DNA of 32,000 nucleotides from Nitratidesulfovibrio vulgaris str. Hildenborough (GTDB lineage Bacteria; Desulfobacterota; Desulfovibrionia; Desulfovibrionales; Desulfovibrionaceae): NCBI RefSeq assembly GCF_000195755.1, contig NC_005863.1, positions 150,001 to 182,000 of the forward strand, read 5' to 3'. Shown piece by piece: positions 29,431 to 32,000 of this stretch (position 1 is its first letter; each line of letters starts with the position of its first letter). The notes under the pieces were generated by a model. It saw only the letters and a program-made list of their open reading frames with translations, ran no database searches and was not told where the DNA came from. The position numbers and the translations under genes were made by a program.

Positions 29431-31501
29431 CGGGGGGAGTTCTCCTTGTGGAGCTGGGGGACGCATGCCTGTCGCACGGGGCTGCGCAGGTGACGATGGT
29501 ACCACCCTGCGGTGCGTCCTCTATCGTCAGCTTGGCATGGATGACACCGGCACGGTGGGCCATGATGCCGAGGCCGAGCCCCCCCGTCCGGGCCCCCTGC
29601 CGCGCGGATGCCGTGCGGCCTATGCCGTCATCGCGAACGGTCAGGATGACACCGTCTTGCGCGGGGCAGCGCAGCCTCACGCGGATGGTGTGTGCCTGTG
29701 CGTGTTTGGCCGCGTTGGTCAGTGCCTCCTGCGCGATGCGGTACAGGGTGCGCATGTTGGGGTTGGTGCATCGCCCGCAGTGGCGGCGCATCTCGAGCCG
29801 TACGTCTATGCCCGTATCCTTGGCGATGCGACGGGCCAGGTCGTCCAGCGAGGGGCCGGGCATGGCGGGGTCGTGTTCTACGGGCCAGAGACCGCGCGAG
29901 GTGCGGTAGGCGTCGTCGGTGGAGGCGTCCAAGAGGGCCGCAAGGCTGTCCATGGTGGTGGAGTCATCCGTTCCGGCAAGCCGCTTGCTCAGAATGGATG
30001 CGCGCAGCCGGGCACCGGTGAGTTTCTGGCACAGGCCGTCGTGCAGTTCGTGGCTGATGCGCCGGCGTTCTTCCTCGCTGATGTTGATCACTTCCTGTTC
30101 TAGCCGGTTGCGTTCTTCCATCTCGGCCAAGAGAGACTGGTTCTTGCGCTCCAGTTCCCCGGAGAGCTTTCCCACGGATGCGAATGCATGGCTGAAGCGC
30201 TTGGCCAGCGCCAGCGACTGGGTAACGATCAGGAAGAGCATGCCAAATTCGATCAGGTAGGGCGTGTTGATATGCTTGATGTGGGAGAGGCCGTCGTTCA
30301 GGCTGGCGAGCAGGGATGCCGCGCTGCCGAGCAGGAGCAACCCTGCGCCGTTCATCCCGCGCCGCGCGCAGGAGCACAGGCGCACGACGTAATAGATGGC
30401 GCAGCCCAGCCCGACAAGGATACTGAATGCGATGTACTCGGAGATGCGGTGGTCTGGCGCGATCGGCAGCAGCAGAAGGAATATCGCGAAGCGCAGGTCG
30501 ACCAGATGGCGGACGGCAGGGTGGAAGACCTTCGGGTAAAGCGAGTAGTAGAACCGGAAGAGCATGGGAGCGCAGGCCATATAGAAAAAGAGGGGGACGT
30601 ATTCAGACCACTGGGGCGGCAAGGGAGGGAGGAACCGGCGAATGGCCCAGAAGGAGGTGTTGGAGGTCATGCAGAAGCACAATATGCACAGACAGAAGCC
30701 ACTGAAGTACCCCGCAGAAACCTGCTTCCTGTCCAGATGGAACAGGAAGAGGTGGTACAGCAGTGTGATCAGCAGGCAGCCTGCGAAGAAGTAGGAGAAG
30801 GTCCATGTCCTGTCGCGTTCCGTCTCCAGAGGGCCGGGCGGGGCAAGCAGTAGCCCCTCAGGCACGCCACCGGCGCGGAAATGATGGTTGGATATCTGGA
30901 GCACCAGTTCCAGATTCTCCCCTTCGGGGGTGATGGTGGCCAACACCAGTGATCGCAGAGGCGTCTCGCTGTCTGCATCCGTACCGACGACGCCGTTCAT
31001 CGCCACAAGCTGGCCGTTGGCCCACAAACGGTAGGCCATGGGGATGTCGAAGAGCCGCAATGTGAGTGTGTTCGCCTCCGGCCAGAGGCGCAGACGCAGA
31101 CGCAGAGTGGCCTGCCCCGTGCCGCCCAGCCTTTCACCGTCTACGGGCATCCCCCTCCATGTGCCGGGTAGCGAGAGCAGGCCCGATGGCGAAGGGGCGG
31201 GGTTTGCAGCGAGGTCCTGCGGCGTCAGCAGACGGTCCCAGTAGAACTCCCATGCACCGTCCAGCCTAGCGGGGCCCATGGTCTCCGGGTCAAAGTCCCG
31301 CAGGTCCAGCACACCGTCTTCGGCCTGCAAGCCGTCGGCCGCCCGCGCCGGACCGTACGGCGGCAGGATAAAGACAGATACGAGCAGCACCACGAGCAGC
31401 GGAACCGGGTGGAATGCCCGGAGCATCCGGGTAGGGAAGGAAAGGCGCGGTGCGTTTCTGTTCATCATCGGTCCGTGCGGGGGGGATGTCGCACGCTTCA
31501 T
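29417..31501 (-). CDS. Sensor histidine kinase: periplasmic sensor domain, 7-TM module (7TMR-DISM-like), HisKA_3 and HATPase_c
   Basis: The H-box ERRRISHELHDGLCQKL is NarX/HisKA_3 type. The G-box is GGLGLGIMAHRAG. There are about seven hydrophobic segments between residues ~235 and 440. The start is uncertain (31501, 31468 or 31465). Confidence 0.85.
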   Translation of the reverse strand: MKRATSPPHGPMMNRNAPRLSFPTRMLRAFHPVPLLVVLLVSVFILPPYGPARAADGLQAEDGVLDLRDFDPETMGPARLDGAWEFYWDRLLTPQDLAANPAPSPSGLLSLPGTWRGMPVDGERLGGTGQATLRLRLRLWPEANTLTLRLFDIPMAYRLWANGQLVAMNGVVGTDADSETPLRSLVLATITPEGENLELVLQISNHHFRAGGVPEGLLLAPPGPLETERDRTWTFSYFFAGCLLITLLYHLFLFHLDRKQVSAGYFSGFCLCILCFCMTSNTSFWAIRRFLPPLPPQWSEYVPLFFYMACAPMLFRFYYSLYPKVFHPAVRHLVDLRFAIFLLLLPIAPDHRISEYIAFSILVGLGCAIYYVVRLCSCARRGMNGAGLLLLGSAASLLASLNDGLSHIKHINTPYLIEFGMLFLIVTQSLALAKRFSHAFASVGKLSGELERKNQSLLAEMEERNRLEQEVINISEEERRRISHELHDGLCQKLTGARLRASILSKRLAGTDDSTTMDSLAALLDASTDDAYRTSRGLWPVEHDPAMPGPSLDDLARRIAKDTGIDVRLEMRRHCGRCTNPNMRTLYRIAQEALTNAAKHAQAHTIRVRLRCPAQDGVILTVRDDGIGRTASARQGARTGGLGLGIMAHRAGVIHAKLTIEDAPQGGTIVTCAAPCDRHASPSSTRRTPPDASR

Positions 31502-31523
31502 GCGACAGACGGACTGTATAGAC

Positions 31524-31551
31524 GGCGGGGGGATCTTTCAATCCCCCCGCC
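31524..31551 (-). terminator. Perfect 11-bp-stem hairpin between the barrel gene and the kinase gene, a possible terminator or attenuator
   Basis: The hairpin is GGCGGGGGGAT-CTTTCA-ATCCCCCCGCC. No clear U-tract follows it on either strand. Confidence 0.35.
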
Positions 31552-31664
31552 ATGTTCCGAAAGGACAGGCGGCCTCGACCTATCGGGGATGACACCCTCG
31601 ACGGGTCACGGCCTGCCACATCCAAGAGCACAAGGCATATCCCGACCGCAGGGCATGCCTGCGG

Positions 31665-32000
31665 CTAGAATTCATATTTGATTTGCAGACTGCCCGTCAC
31701 GCCCTCGCGCCTACCCACGGCATTCTGCACGCCGAGGTCAAAGGACACGGGTAACGATGCCAACGGCGTGTACATAAGCCCCAGTTCACCGATGCCCGTA
31801 TCGCCGCCCATGGATGGTGCCTCCATGGCATACCCGTTGGTGCTGGCGCGGGCCGTGCCGTCAAACTCATGCTCATATGCCGCGCCTATGTAGGGGACGA
31901 TATGTTCAGTCACCATGTAACTGAAGCGCGAACCGAGACGCAGACGGTTGGAGTCCACATCCTTGAAGTCGATGGGGTCGCCGGTGGACAGCTTGACGGA
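31665..32000 (-). CDS. 3' end of an outer-membrane beta-barrel (autotransporter-type) protein, truncated by the window edge
   Basis: The frame stays open to position 32000. The alternating barrel pattern ends in GVTGSLQIKYEF, with the terminal aromatic Phe typical of BAM substrates. Confidence 0.65.
   Translation of the reverse strand, partial: SVKLSTGDPIDFKDVDSNRLRLGSRFSYMVTEHIVPYIGAAYEHEFDGTARASTNGYAMEAPSMGGDTGIGELGLMYTPLASLPVSFDLGVQNAVGRREGVTGSLQIKYEF

Overview
High-GC, Desulfovibrio-like DNA. The CRISPR repeat and gene order match my memory of the D. vulgaris Hildenborough megaplasmid, but I ran no search. The window has three blocks. (1) ~1-17.8 kb, + strand: a non-flagellar type III secretion (injectisome) cluster in Ysc-like order. 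It reads sctC (5' truncated)-sctD-yscE-like-sctF-yscG-like-sctI-sctJ-sctK-sctL, a 327-bp repeat-bearing gap, then sctN-O-P-Q-R. Where sctS/T/U would normally follow there is instead a STAS anti-sigma antagonist plus RsbW-like kinase pair. After that come an oversized lytic transglycosylase, a CesT-type chaperone and an 826-aa orphan putative effector. (2) 18.1-27.8 kb, + strand: a complete type I-C CRISPR-Cas locus (cas3-cas5c-cas8c with a nested cas11c candidate-cas7c-cas4-cas1-cas2). It has a leader and an array of 28 intact 32-bp repeats, one decayed terminal repeat and 28 spacers. (3) 27.8-32 kb, - strand: an autotransporter-type barrel 3' end, a 7TM-sensor histidine kinase, a NarL-type response regulator and the ZIP zinc transporter zupT. 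The main leads are the partner-switch module embedded in the T3SS, the chaperone/orphan-effector pair with sigma54-like promoters, and the low-complexity expansions in T3SS structural proteins. Two nested internal-start products (SctQ-C, Cas11c) and several candidate regulatory repeats are also worth checking. All calls rest on motif recognition and synteny by eye. Most long antisense ORFs in the track are GC-driven shadow ORFs.
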